Source of the DNA: Flavobacteriales bacterium UBA1531
GTDB lineage: Bacteria > Bacteroidota > Bacteroidia > Flavobacteriales_D > Sanyastnellaceae
Assembly (NCBI GenBank): GCA_002323795.1
Contig: DCPZ01000057.1
Location: 23,845 to 87,844 of the forward strand
Direction: 5' to 3'
DNA length: 64,000 bases
Below are positions 19,258 to 29,087 of this stretch, piece by piece; within the stretch, counting starts at the first letter, position 1, and each line of letters begins with the position of its first letter. Under the pieces are notes generated by a model. It searched no databases. It was not told where the DNA came from and saw only the letters and a program-made list of their open reading frames with translations. Both the position numbers and the translations under genes were made by a program.

Positions 19258-20925
19258 ATGGAACCGTCTCCGCCCCAAACCCCAGTGCAAAAAACCGCGC
19301 CGTCTTGGCAACCGCTGGCCTTTGCAGTCGTTTTGATTTTGGGCGTTTGGATTGGGCTCCTTTCAGGAAATGATGCGACGAAAACTTTTGCACCGGGGAC
19401 GTCGCGCAGTGCGTTGAATGGCGTGTTGGATCGTGTAGAACAGACGTACGTCGATCAAGTGATGCGCGAAGAATTAGAGCAGATTGCACTGGAGGCAGTA
19501 TTGAATGAGTTGGACCCTCACACGTTGTTTCTATCGTCCCAAGAATTGGCAGACATGGCAGAGCCCATGGAAGGGAATTTTGAGGGCATCGGGGTCGAGT
19601 TCATCATTCAAGATGACACGCTAATGGTTGTGGCGGCGATCTCAGGAGGTCCAGCCGAGAAAGCAGGCGTGCGTGCTGGGGACCGCATTTTGCAAGTTGA
19701 TTCCATTCCGATTTCAGGGCCTGACTTGGACAATCGCAAAGTGATGGAGCTTTTGAAAGGTCCAAGGAACACGAAAGTCAGGGTCGGCGTGCCGCGGCGA
19801 GATGGTTTAGAACAAATTTTATTGAAACGAGACCGGATTCCGATACACAGCGTTGTTTCCACGTTTGATGTAAATGCTGATTGTGGTTATATCAAAGTGG
19901 TTCGATTCGCACAAAACACAGCAGAGGAATTTGACGCTGCAATGAACAAATTGGACCGCGCTGGAGTCCGGCAAGTTATTGTGGATCTGCGGGGCAACGG
20001 CGGGGGGTACTTGAACGCGGTTGTGCCCATGGTTGAATCTTTTTTGAAGAAAGGCCAATTGGTGGTCTACACCGAGGGAGAGCACGTCCCACGCAGAACC
20101 TACAAAGCTAGACGAGACGGTCAATGGGTTGACTGGGATTTGGCCGTTTTGGTAGACGAATCTTCGGCTTCTGCCAGTGAGATTTTTGCCGGTGCCATTC
20201 AAGATCATGACCGTGGCATCATTCTCGGTCGAAGAACCTTCGGAAAAGGACTTGTTCAAGAGGAGTTTTCAATCTCTAACCATGGGGCCTTGAGACTGAC
20301 TGTCGCACGTTTTTACACCCCCACAGGTAGAGCGATTCAAAAGCCATACGGTACGGAAATCGACTATGGAGACGATTATTTCATGCGGTATGAACGTGGA
20401 GAGCTATTCGAGGAGGACAGTATTTTGAAGCTGGACGATGATTCCTTGGTGTTTCAAACCCCAAAGGGTCGATTGGTGAAAGGGCTGGGTGGAATTACAC
20501 CCGATGTTTTTGTGCCATTGGATACTTCCGGAATGTCCAGTTTGATGTCTGAATTGAGCTGGTCAGGAATCCTGCGAGATGCAGCATTTTCTTTTGTCGA
20601 CGAGCACCGAGACGAATGGTTTGGAGAGGACGATTCAACGCTTGAGGATGGCCTCTGGAAGGAAATAGGGTGGAGTCATTTGATGGATGCTGCCAGAGAC
20701 AACAACATTGAGATTCCATCTTTGCAGGAAGCTGAACGATCTGCCTTAGAACGACGTTTTGCGTCCCAAATTCTCCGCAATGCTTTTGGTGAAAGTGCAT
20801 ACTACGAGCATTCTGTTCAATTCGATGAAGAATTCAAGACGGCAATTTACTGGCTTTATCACATGGATTCCGTGATCGTTATCGAAGGTCAATTATCTTT
20901 ACAACTGGAAAACAACAAATATTAA
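19258..20925 (+). CDS. S41 family carboxy-terminal processing peptidase
   Basis: PDZ segment ([21 protein letters not shown]), catalytic region [16 protein letters not shown] and TFGKG. Confidence 0.85.
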   Translation: MEPSPPQTPVQKTAPSWQPLAFAVVLILGVWIGLLSGNDATKTFAPGTSRSALNGVLDRVEQTYVDQVMREELEQIALEAVLNELDPHTLFLSSQELADMAEPMEGNFEGIGVEFIIQDDTLMVVAAISGGPAEKAGVRAGDRILQVDSIPISGPDLDNRKVMELLKGPRNTKVRVGVPRRDGLEQILLKRDRIPIHSVVSTFDVNADCGYIKVVRFAQNTAEEFDAAMNKLDRAGVRQVIVDLRGNGGGYLNAVVPMVESFLKKGQLVVYTEGEHVPRRTYKARRDGQWVDWDLAVLVDESSASASEIFAGAIQDHDRGIILGRRTFGKGLVQEEFSISNHGALRLTVARFYTPTGRAIQKPYGTEIDYGDDYFMRYERGELFEEDSILKLDDDSLVFQTPKGRLVKGLGGITPDVFVPLDTSGMSSLMSELSWSGILRDAAFSFVDEHRDEWFGEDDSTLEDGLWKEIGWSHLMDAARDNNIEIPSLQEAERSALERRFASQILRNAFGESAYYEHSVQFDEEFKTAIYWLYHMDSVIVIEGQLSLQLENNKY

Positions 20926-20936
20926 TACATCATCAC

Positions 20937-21542
20937 ATGGCTTTTGAACTACCCGCACTGCCTTACGCATACGATGCTTTAGAACCTCACATTGATGCGC
21001 GCACTATGGAAATCCATCATGGAAAGCACCATGCTGGATATACAAGTAAGTTGAACGCTGCTGTTGCAGGCACAGCTATGGAAGGGAAATCCATCGAAGA
21101 ACTTCTTACGCAGCACGCCGACCACGCAGGAGTCCGAAACAATGGGGGAGGATTTTATAATCATACATTGTTTTGGAACGTTATGTCTCCGAATGGAGGG
21201 GGGTCTCCCAGTGGAGAGCTTGCAGCAGCGATTGATTCGGATCTCGGTGGCATGGAGAAGTTTCAACAATCGTTCGCGCAAGCGGCAGCGACACGTTTTG
21301 GCTCGGGCTGGGCTTGGCTGTGTGTCAAGAATGGAAAGTTGGAAGTTTGCTCGTCAGCTAACCAAGACAATCCGTTGATGGAAGGCGTAGGTTGCGGAGG
21401 AACCCCCATTTTAGCCTTAGATGTCTGGGAGCACGCGTACTACTTGAACTATCAAAATCGCCGTCCTGATTACATTGCAGCATTCTTCAATGTGATTGAT
21501 TGGAATGCGGTAGCAGAACGTTATAATGCAGCTCGCGGGTGA
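20937..21542 (+). CDS. Fe/Mn superoxide dismutase
   Basis: MEIHHGKHH and [10 protein letters not shown], 201 aa. Confidence 0.95.
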   Translation: MAFELPALPYAYDALEPHIDARTMEIHHGKHHAGYTSKLNAAVAGTAMEGKSIEELLTQHADHAGVRNNGGGFYNHTLFWNVMSPNGGGSPSGELAAAIDSDLGGMEKFQQSFAQAAATRFGSGWAWLCVKNGKLEVCSSANQDNPLMEGVGCGGTPILALDVWEHAYYLNYQNRRPDYIAAFFNVIDWNAVAERYNAARG

Positions 21543-22219
21543 AGCAACACCTGATTCTTGTGGCTGGTGGAACCGGCACGCGCATGCAACAGCCAGTTGC
21601 AAAGCAATTTATATTATTGAAGGGTCGACCACTCATGTGGTGGACCCTTCAACGCTTTCGGGATGCGCTTGGTGATGATTTGGAAGTTGTGTTGGTCTTG
21701 CACAAGAGTTTGGTGCAAGAATTTCGCGATTTGGAGAGGGTGCACGGGCCTGCAGGTGTGAATCAGGTTGTTTCTGGAGGAGCCGAACGCTGGCACTCCG
21801 TATCCAATGGACTTGATGCGTTGCCGGATTCTGGGGTTGTAGGCATTCACGATGCGGTGCGACCTTTTGTCGCAGCAGCGACCATTAGTGATTGTTATGA
21901 AACAGCGCGAGCATCTGGTTCTGCGGTTCCTGTGGTCCCGGTCAAGGATAGCATTCGTGAGGTGCATGGCGCGGGGTCACATGCCGTCACACGAGAACGA
22001 CTGCGAGCAGTTCAAACCCCACAATGCTTCGATATTCAGCTATTGAAGAGTGCGTATGGTGCTGGCTATCGCGAAGAGTTTACAGATGATGCCAGTGTGT
22101 TTGAATACGCAGGACACCCTATTCACCTGGTCCAGGGAGATCATCAAAACATCAAAATCACCACGCCTGAAGATCTGCTAATCGCTCGTGCTTTTGTCGA
22201 AGGATTTGGAAAAGAATAA
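21539..22219 (+). CDS. ispD: 2-C-methyl-D-erythritol 4-phosphate cytidylyltransferase
   Basis: N-terminal [10 protein letters not shown] loop. The GTG start overlaps the SOD stop (GTGA). Confidence 0.88.
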   Translation: MKQHLILVAGGTGTRMQQPVAKQFILLKGRPLMWWTLQRFRDALGDDLEVVLVLHKSLVQEFRDLERVHGPAGVNQVVSGGAERWHSVSNGLDALPDSGVVGIHDAVRPFVAAATISDCYETARASGSAVPVVPVKDSIREVHGAGSHAVTRERLRAVQTPQCFDIQLLKSAYGAGYREEFTDDASVFEYAGHPIHLVQGDHQNIKITTPEDLLIARAFVEGFGKE

Positions 22220-23146
22220 CTAGCAGACAGGATGTTTTTCGGGCCATTGAGAATTGCTGCGAATCCAGCGGATTGCGAAAACTCCAATCGCCAAAGCGAC
22301 AGTGGCAAAGCCATAATCGCCTAGCTCCCATGCACCGCTGGTGTTCATTTCTTCTTGAATGAATGCTTCTCCGTAGATGGCAGCCATTACGATGGCTCCC
22401 GCGTTATTGAAAAAGTGCGCGGCTATTGCTGGCCACAGACTGCCGCTGAAAACAACGAGATAACCAAGTCCCGCTCCGATGATCATCCGAGGCAGGAATC
22501 CCTGGAATTGAAGGTGAATCGCACTGAATAGGAAAGCACCCATCCAGACCCCTGCATGAATGTTGTTGGTCCACCGTGAAGTGAGAGGTTGAATGATTCC
22601 GCGAAAGGCAAATTCTTCGCAGATTGCTGGGAGCAGAGCAACTGTAATAAGGGTCGCTGGGAATTGCCAGGCGGCATCAAAGGAAAGGAGAGAAGCGGTG
22701 ACTTTTGCAGCGATTGCTTCGTAATGGTTGACGGATTCAACCATGGCATTGGGCAAAAACTCAAGAAGCATAGCATTGATGCGAAAGGTTAAATCAATGA
22801 GCGGTTGAATGGCCCAAGCCAAACCAAAAGCACACAACCACCAACCTGATTGGGGAAAGGAGAGGTTGAGAAATGTGCGTCCAGCAAATAGTTTTTGTGC
22901 GCACCAAGCCATCAGTCCAAAAGAGAGCAATTGATTCACTCCGTTGATCATGAGGTTGTAGATCTTCCCTTCATCGGATGAGGCGTCATTGGCGAAGGTC
23001 ATTGCTTGCTCCACAGAATGACCTTGGAGCGAAGCGAGTGCCGCAAAACCACCTCCGGAGGCCAATGCCATTCCCACAAGCACCATGCAAAAAAAGAAAA
23101 TCAATTGCCCAAAAGGGTGCATCGTTTGAAAGGCGGTTCGGATCAT
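22220..23146 (-). CDS. CPBP family intramembrane glutamic endopeptidase (CAAX protease-like)
   Basis: Polytopic protein with the EEFAFRG motif and downstream His motifs. Confidence 0.75.
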   Translation of the reverse strand: MIRTAFQTMHPFGQLIFFFCMVLVGMALASGGGFAALASLQGHSVEQAMTFANDASSDEGKIYNLMINGVNQLLSFGLMAWCAQKLFAGRTFLNLSFPQSGWWLCAFGLAWAIQPLIDLTFRINAMLLEFLPNAMVESVNHYEAIAAKVTASLLSFDAAWQFPATLITVALLPAICEEFAFRGIIQPLTSRWTNNIHAGVWMGAFLFSAIHLQFQGFLPRMIIGAGLGYLVVFSGSLWPAIAAHFFNNAGAIVMAAIYGEAFIQEEMNTSGAWELGDYGFATVALAIGVFAIRWIRSNSQWPEKHPVC

Positions 23147-23221
23147 GGCTTAATTTTGCGAGAAGAGATTTCCAGCCCGCAAGTTCGGGGATTGCATGGA
23201 AATGTCCACTTGAAAGAGAAA

Positions 23222-24211
23222 ATGGTAAGGATTGCTGACATAGACATCGCAGATTTTCCGCTGCTGCTGGCGCCCATGGAGGACGTAAGTGACCCCCCTT
23301 TTCGCGCTTTGTGCAAAAAGTATGGAGCAGATTTGATGTACACCGAATTCATCAGTTCGGAAGGATTGATACGCGATGCCGCCAAGAGCCGAGCGAAGTT
23401 GGATATCTTCGAATACGAGCGTCCCGTGGGCATTCAGATTTTTGGGAGTGAGATCGAATCGATGCGAAAGGCTACAGCGATTACCGAGCAAGCGCAACCG
23501 GACATCATTGATATCAATTATGGTTGCCCTGTCAAAAAAGTTGCCTGCAAGGGAGCCGGAGCTGGTATCCTGCAGGACATTCCGAAGATGGTGGAAATGA
23601 CCAAGGAAATCGTCAACAGCACGTCACTGCCGGTCACGGTTAAAACAAGGCTCGGTTGGGACGACCAGTCCAAATTCATTGTTGAGGTTGCAGAGAGACT
23701 TCAGGATGTTGGCATCAAAGCCATTAGCATTCATGGCCGCACCCGGGCTCAGATGTACAAAGGCGCGGCCGATTGGAGCCTAATCTCCGAGGTCAAGAAC
23801 AATCCACGGATGCATATCCCAGTCTTCGGGAACGGTGACATCAACTCCCCTCAAAAGGCAGTGGAATATAAAGATCGTTATGGTATTGATGGAATTATGA
23901 TTGGTCGGGCGAGCATCGGAGCACCATGGGTTTTTCGCGAAATAAAACATTACATGGCCACGGGTGAAGTGTTAGAATCTCCGGACATGCAGGAGCGGGT
24001 TGCAGTTGCGCGGGAGCATTTTGAAAAGGGCGTTGAATGGAAAGGGGAGCGGCTGGGCATTGTGGAAATGCGCCGTCATTATGCCAATTACTTCAAAGGA
24101 CTTAGGGATTTTAAATCCCATCGTCTGGACCTCGTGACCCTCGATGAAGCCGATGCCATTCGAGATAAATTGGATGCCTTGTCCAGCATTCCGTTTGAGA
24201 AAGCGATATAG
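23222..24211 (+). CDS. dusB: tRNA-dihydrouridine synthase
   Basis: LLLAPMEDVSDPPFR, INYGCP and a TIM-barrel FMN enzyme pattern. I took the start at MVRIADIDI. The track ORF has a 72-codon extension that overlaps the divergent gene. Confidence 0.85.
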   Translation: MVRIADIDIADFPLLLAPMEDVSDPPFRALCKKYGADLMYTEFISSEGLIRDAAKSRAKLDIFEYERPVGIQIFGSEIESMRKATAITEQAQPDIIDINYGCPVKKVACKGAGAGILQDIPKMVEMTKEIVNSTSLPVTVKTRLGWDDQSKFIVEVAERLQDVGIKAISIHGRTRAQMYKGAADWSLISEVKNNPRMHIPVFGNGDINSPQKAVEYKDRYGIDGIMIGRASIGAPWVFREIKHYMATGEVLESPDMQERVAVAREHFEKGVEWKGERLGIVEMRRHYANYFKGLRDFKSHRLDLVTLDEADAIRDKLDALSSIPFEKAI

Positions 24212-24258
24212 AGCTTGGGAGTGGCTTAATCGCCGAAGTGTTTGACGAAACAAGTCGA

Positions 24259-25503
24259 TTAAACGAAGCGGTGAACCAGGTTGCGCACCATCCAACCTGA
24301 TCCGATTCCACCAATGATTACGACGATGATCAAAGTGCCAAGGACATCGAACATTTCAAGTGCAACAGGATAAGATGGGATGACAGAGCCCTGAAGTTTG
24401 ACCCAGCCAAAATGCTGTTGCCCGAGCACCAAAAGAGTTCCAATGGCTGCGCCGATGATACCTCCAATGGTATTGATCATCACTCCTTGAAGCGCGAAAA
24501 CCTGTTCCAGTTTCCATCCTGTAAGCCCCATTGCGTTGAGGACTTCCATGTCTTGTCGCTTATCCAGCAACATCATCGTCAAGGAAGCCATGACATTGAA
24601 AGCAGCCACAACAAGGATGAAGCTTAGGATAACAAAAGTCGCCCATTTTTCAGCGCGGTTTGTTTGTGTGATGAGCTTGTTCTTTTCTGATCTCGTGCGC
24701 ACTTTCCATTTGAGGCCTTCGGTGTTCAGGCGGTTTCGAATCGCAACAGCAGCTTCATTTTCTGATATCCCGGGCAAGAGCCCTAATTCGTAGCGGGAGA
24801 CAGTCGAATCTTTAGAAAACAATGCACGTGCAAAATCAAGGGGAGCCAAGATGTACTTCCGGTCAATTTCAGCATTGATTGAAAAGACATCGCACACAAA
24901 CGCACGCTTGGCTTGAAAGGCCTCTTCCTTATAACGTGTTAGCTTTTTGCCCGGGATTGGGGCTCGGAGCAAAAGCGAAGCCCGCTGACTTTCGTTTTGA
25001 ATGGAATTCAAGCCTAAGATATTCTTGACACCAAGGCCCAAGATCAAGCAGGGGGGGGATTCGCTCCACGCTTCATTCCAATTTCCTGACCGGACTGATG
25101 AAGCGATTGGCGTGGCGCTCAGCAAGAGGGAATCAAAGGCCAAAACAGCGCAGACAAGAGGTTGATTTCCTTCCCAGGATACAATGGCTTCACCTTCAAT
25201 CACTGGCGCAACCACTTCGACCAAGGGATTTTTAGATTCAGCGCCAAACGATTCTTCAACCCATGCTCTGACTTCATTCGGAAGATCAGTCCCTGTGTCC
25301 GGAACGATAGCTACCGGTGCATCGAGCGTGCCAAATAAGTCAGAAACCACCTCTTCAATTCCGTTGAATGCACTCAGAATCGCAATCATTGCAGCGGTCA
25401 CGGTAGCAATGACAAACATTGAAATGCCTGAGATGAGGTGGGTCAGGCTTTTGGAACGACTCGCCCAGGCATATCGCCAAGCGAGACGAATTGGGAGTTT
25501 CAC
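24259..25503 (-). CDS. ABC transporter permease, FtsX/LolC-LolE-like
   Basis: MKLPIRLAWRYAWASRSKS N-terminus, one TM, a large periplasmic domain and a C-terminal FtsX module. No ATPase gene is adjacent. Confidence 0.75.
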   Translation of the reverse strand: MKLPIRLAWRYAWASRSKSLTHLISGISMFVIATVTAAMIAILSAFNGIEEVVSDLFGTLDAPVAIVPDTGTDLPNEVRAWVEESFGAESKNPLVEVVAPVIEGEAIVSWEGNQPLVCAVLAFDSLLLSATPIASSVRSGNWNEAWSESPPCLILGLGVKNILGLNSIQNESQRASLLLRAPIPGKKLTRYKEEAFQAKRAFVCDVFSINAEIDRKYILAPLDFARALFSKDSTVSRYELGLLPGISENEAAVAIRNRLNTEGLKWKVRTRSEKNKLITQTNRAEKWATFVILSFILVVAAFNVMASLTMMLLDKRQDMEVLNAMGLTGWKLEQVFALQGVMINTIGGIIGAAIGTLLVLGQQHFGWVKLQGSVIPSYPVALEMFDVLGTLIIVVIIGGIGSGWMVRNLVHRFV

Positions 25504-25510
25504 GGGAGTG

Positions 25511-25849
25511 TTATTTTTTCAGCGCATTGTTGATTGACTCATAATAGTCAATGCTGTCGTCAAGGTAAAAATTCAACTCAGGAATGACCCGAACTTGTTT
25601 GCCAATTTTGTCGCTGAGGGCTTTGCGCACGCGCCATCCTTCTAGCTTCACAGCCTCGAGAGCAATTTTTTTATCGGGCACGGCCATGAAACTGAGGTAG
25701 ACTTTGGCCAAACCAAGATCGGGAGACATCCGAACTTGTGTTACTGAAATGAACATTCCGGCAAACCAGGAACTGCTATTTTGCTGGAACAAAACACTCA
25801 AATCCCGCCGAATCAGTTCGGCTACTTTTTCTTGTCGTATTGCTGCCAT
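25511..25849 (-). CDS. rbfA: ribosome-binding factor A
   Basis: 112 aa with RQEKVAELIRRDLS and a VTQVRMSPDLGLAKVY pattern. Confidence 0.85.
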   Translation of the reverse strand: MAAIRQEKVAELIRRDLSVLFQQNSSSWFAGMFISVTQVRMSPDLGLAKVYLSFMAVPDKKIALEAVKLEGWRVRKALSDKIGKQVRVIPELNFYLDDSIDYYESINNALKK

Positions 25850-25898
25850 CGAGCAAAGGTCGCAAAGTCAGAGCAACTCCGGTACTGCTTGATGACAA

Positions 25899-27080
25899 TC
25901 AGTAGAGAAAGTTGTGATAAGGGTAGCGCTTGATGTGAATTTCCTTAACCGCTTCAAATACTTTGTGCCGCAGTTCTTCGAGTCCAGTCTTTTGCACTGC
26001 TGAGATGAAAATGACTTCGCGATCCACGCGCTCAAAGCGTTCACGCAATCCCCCAATTTGATCTTCACGAGTGGGGCCGAAAGGTTCTTCTTCTAAGCAA
26101 TCTATTTTATTGAAGACAATCATGGACGGTTTGTCATCGCTGCCGATTTCTGCCAAGGTGCTCTCGACGATGGTAAGGTGTTCTTCGAATTGCGGATGGC
26201 TTACATCGATGACATGCAGAAGCAGATCGCTTTCTCGTGTTTCGTCGAGGGTTGATTTGAAACTTTCGATGAGTTGATGAGGCAATTTTCGGATAAACCC
26301 GACAGTATCACTGAGAAGGAAAGGGAGATTTTGCAGGACCACTTTTCGAACTGTGGTGTCCAGTGTGGCAAACAATTTATTCTCCGCGAACACTTTGCTT
26401 TTCGACATTACTGTCATTAAAGTACTTTTGCCTGCGTTGGTATACCCAACCAATGCAACACGCACAAGCGCGCCACGATTGCCGCGTTGAGTAGCCATCT
26501 GTTGATCGATCGATTTCAACTCTTTTTTGAGGTGAGAAATGCGGTCGCGGATGATTCGGCGGTCAGTTTCAATTTCCTTCTCTCCAGGACCTTTCATGCC
26601 GATTCCTCCTTTCTGTTTTTGCAAGTGTGTCCACATGTTGGTGAGGCGTGGCAGCAGGTATTGGTACTGTGCCAATTCTACTTGGGTCTTGGCGTGAGCT
26701 GTGCGGGCTCTCTGGGCGAAAATATCGAGGATTAAATTCGGACGATCTAGGATTTTCCGTTCTGGGATTTCGCGCTCGATGTTTCGCAGTTGCGTTGGGC
26801 TTAATTCGTCATCAAAAATGAGCATGTCTACGTTCCTCTCTTCGACGAATTCCTTTATTTCTTGTAGCTTACCGCTCCCCACAAAAGTCCGAGTATCTGG
26901 ACGATTGAGCCCTTGAATGAAAGTTCTGAGGGATGTGGCTTCTGCGGTAGTGGCTAAAAAGGCTAACTCTTCGAGGTGTTCATCCACAGTGTCCCGTGAT
27001 TGACCTCCCGTGACCAATCCAATCAGGATGCACGTTTCGGGTTCCTGAGCCGTGGAATACGATTTCTTTTTATCTAGCAT
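25899..27080 (-). CDS. hflX: GTPase HflX
   Basis: G motifs GYTNAGKST, DTVGF and NKID, plus the HflX N-domain. I took the start at MLDKKKSYS (ATG 27080). The longer track ORF would overlap the upstream gene. Confidence 0.9.
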   Translation of the reverse strand: MLDKKKSYSTAQEPETCILIGLVTGGQSRDTVDEHLEELAFLATTAEATSLRTFIQGLNRPDTRTFVGSGKLQEIKEFVEERNVDMLIFDDELSPTQLRNIEREIPERKILDRPNLILDIFAQRARTAHAKTQVELAQYQYLLPRLTNMWTHLQKQKGGIGMKGPGEKEIETDRRIIRDRISHLKKELKSIDQQMATQRGNRGALVRVALVGYTNAGKSTLMTVMSKSKVFAENKLFATLDTTVRKVVLQNLPFLLSDTVGFIRKLPHQLIESFKSTLDETRESDLLLHVIDVSHPQFEEHLTIVESTLAEIGSDDKPSMIVFNKIDCLEEEPFGPTREDQIGGLRERFERVDREVIFISAVQKTGLEELRHKVFEAVKEIHIKRYPYHNFLY

Positions 27081-27087
27081 GTTCGCT

Positions 27088-27426
27088 TCAATCCCTGAAT
27101 TCTTCGATGTATGCAGCAATGCCACTAATAGTGGCCGCGTCGAGGATGCCTTGTTGTGGAGGCATGGCTCCCTTTCCATAGGTAATGAGCGCTATGCGAT
27201 CCTCGAGACTCATTTTGGAAACACTTAGATCCGGTGCCATAGAAGCCATTAGTTTGCCATCGTTTCCATGACAAAGCGAACACTTCATTGCATAGGCCCG
27301 TTTGACCGAGGCGATCGAGGGTTGCTGACTTGGTGCGGATTTCGACTCAGCGGATTCTTCAGCCGAACCACACTGGGCGAGCAAAAAGATCGGCAAAAAG
27401 CCTAGGAGCAATGAGGTATGTCTCAA
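27088..27426 (-). CDS. class I c-type cytochrome, probable lipoprotein
   Basis: Haem site CSLCH and a distal GAMPP methionine. I propose a TTG start at 27426, which gives (M)RHTSLLLGFLPIFLLAQC, a signal peptide with a lipobox. The first ATG of the track ORF adds 22 non-signal-like residues. Confidence 0.7.
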   Translation of the reverse strand: MRHTSLLLGFLPIFLLAQCGSAEESAESKSAPSQQPSIASVKRAYAMKCSLCHGNDGKLMASMAPDLSVSKMSLEDRIALITYGKGAMPPQQGILDAATISGIAAYIEEFRD

Positions 27427-27436
27427 AGTAATGTGT

Positions 27437-27664
27437 TCAACCAATTGACAAACAACTGTGTACTCCGAAACCGGGCCGAATAGGCCATGCAATGCTCACG
27501 CGGATGATCATTAAAGACCTGAAGGAGAGCGGCAGGGACCACGTTTTTTCGGAAAAGTTGCTTCCGTTGCGTTTGGTGGACCAAGCTTTCAAAATGTGAA
27601 CGCTGACAAAGGCTAACACGACCCAGCTTGTAATGCTGTGCAGGTGTTGGAATCCAATAATCAT
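27437..27664 (-). CDS. possible small membrane protein (75 aa)
   Basis: The ATG lies 31 nt after the gdhA stop. The N-terminus MIIGFQHLHSITSWVVLAFVSVHILKAW looks like a TM helix with His residues, but the second half has Arg residues in the hydrophobic stretch. It could be degenerate. Confidence 0.3.
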   Translation of the reverse strand: MIIGFQHLHSITSWVVLAFVSVHILKAWSTKRNGSNFSEKTWSLPLSFRSLMIIRVSIAWPIRPGFGVHSCLSIG

Positions 27665-27695
27665 AGGTCAAAGATAACCTGTTAAAGGATGCCGT

Positions 27696-29054
27696 TTAGA
27701 CGATGCCTTGATCGATCATCGCGTCTGCAACTTTCACAAAACCAGCGATGTTTGCGCCTTTCACATAATCAACGTAGCCGTTCTCGTCCTTGCCGAAGTC
27801 AACGCACTGTGAATGAATGTCCTTCATGATGGAGAGCAATCGCTGATCGACTTCTTCCCGAGACCAAGACAATCGCAGGCTGTTTTGCGACATTTCAAGC
27901 CCACTTGTGGCGACACCGCCCGCGTTCGAAGCTTTGCCAGGTGCAAAGAGCACCTTTGCTGATTGAAAAGCCTCAATTGCCTCTGGCGTGCTCGGCATAT
28001 TTGCACCTTCCGCGACGACCATGCAGCCGTTCGAGATTAGATTGATAGCATCATTTGCCTCCAGTTCATTTTGTGTTGCGCACGGAAATGCTGCATCGCA
28101 GCTTATGTTCCAAGGCCGTCCTCCGGCATGATAGGTTGAATCCGGGTGAGCGTCGATGTATTCTGAAATTCGCCCACGACGACCATTTTTCAATTCCATG
28201 ATCCAAGCTAATTTGGCTTGATCAATGCCATCGGGGTCATGAATGAATCCCCCAGAGTCCGACATGGTGAGCACTTTTCCACCCATTTGGATCACCTTTT
28301 CTGCAGCGTATTGTGCGACATTTCCAGAACCGGAAATGACAACATTTTTGCCAGCGAGGTCTTGTCCTTTGGTGCTGAGCATTTCAGCGGCAAAGTAGAC
28401 AGCGCCATAGCCAGTAGCCTCAGGACGGATTAACGAGCCGCCCCAGTTTCGGCCTTTGCCCGTCAACACACCTGTGAATTCGTTTCTCAGGCGTTTGTAC
28501 TGTCCAAACATGTATCCGATTTCTCGGCCCCCAACGCCGATATCGCCGGCTGGGACGTCAGTATTTGGACCGATGTGGCGAGACAACTCTGTCATGAAAC
28601 TTTGGCAGAATTGCATCACTTCACGGTCAGACTTTCCTTTGGGATTGAAATCGGCACCACCTTTTCCTCCGCCCATAGGAAGTGTCGTCAAACTGTTCTT
28701 GAATACCTGCTCGAATCCCAAGAATTTCAAGACGCTCAAATTGACAGTAGGATGAAACCGCAATCCACCTTTGTAAGGGCCAATTGCGGAGTTGAATTCT
28801 ACTCTGTACCCGCGGTTTACTTGCACATTCCCATGATCGTCCGTCCAGGGCACTCGGAACATGATGACACGCTCTGGCTCCACCATGCGCCTCAGGATTT
28901 GTTCCTTGGCGTATTTTGGATGATTGGCAATGAAGGGAATGACAGTTTCTGCAACTTCTTGGACCGCTTGAATGAACTCAGGTTCATGCGGATTTTGAGC
29001 GGTGACTTCATTCATGAAGTTCTGCACCTGCTCGTGGATAGATTGAGTCATCAA
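27696..29054 (-). CDS. gdhA: NADP-specific glutamate dehydrogenase
   Basis: KGGLRFHP and LPMGGGKGG, 452 aa. Confidence 0.95.
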   Translation of the reverse strand: MMTQSIHEQVQNFMNEVTAQNPHEPEFIQAVQEVAETVIPFIANHPKYAKEQILRRMVEPERVIMFRVPWTDDHGNVQVNRGYRVEFNSAIGPYKGGLRFHPTVNLSVLKFLGFEQVFKNSLTTLPMGGGKGGADFNPKGKSDREVMQFCQSFMTELSRHIGPNTDVPAGDIGVGGREIGYMFGQYKRLRNEFTGVLTGKGRNWGGSLIRPEATGYGAVYFAAEMLSTKGQDLAGKNVVISGSGNVAQYAAEKVIQMGGKVLTMSDSGGFIHDPDGIDQAKLAWIMELKNGRRGRISEYIDAHPDSTYHAGGRPWNISCDAAFPCATQNELEANDAINLISNGCMVVAEGANMPSTPEAIEAFQSAKVLFAPGKASNAGGVATSGLEMSQNSLRLSWSREEVDQRLLSIMKDIHSQCVDFGKDENGYVDYVKGANIAGFVKVADAMIDQGIV

Positions 29055-29087
29055 CGTGTATATTAACGTTAGCGTCGCAAATTTAAT

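Noticed and set aside
25051-25058. G8 homopolymer tracts (also 37086-37093, and G7 at 9275-9281) as possible phase-variation switches
   Set aside because: All lie in frame inside conserved genes, including mreC, and encode Pro-Pro or Gly-Gly. There is no sign of frameshifted remnants, and phase variation of elongasome genes is implausible.
27423-27671. 82-aa ORF in the gdhA-cytochrome c spacer
   Set aside because: It competes with the 75-aa ORF in another frame. Its sequence (MTYDYWIPTPAQHYKLGRVSLCQRSHFE...) has no TM segment or motif, so I judged it less likely to be coding.
28575-29066. 163-aa ORF antisense to gdhA
   Set aside because: gdhA on the other strand is unambiguous, so this antisense ORF is a frame artefact.
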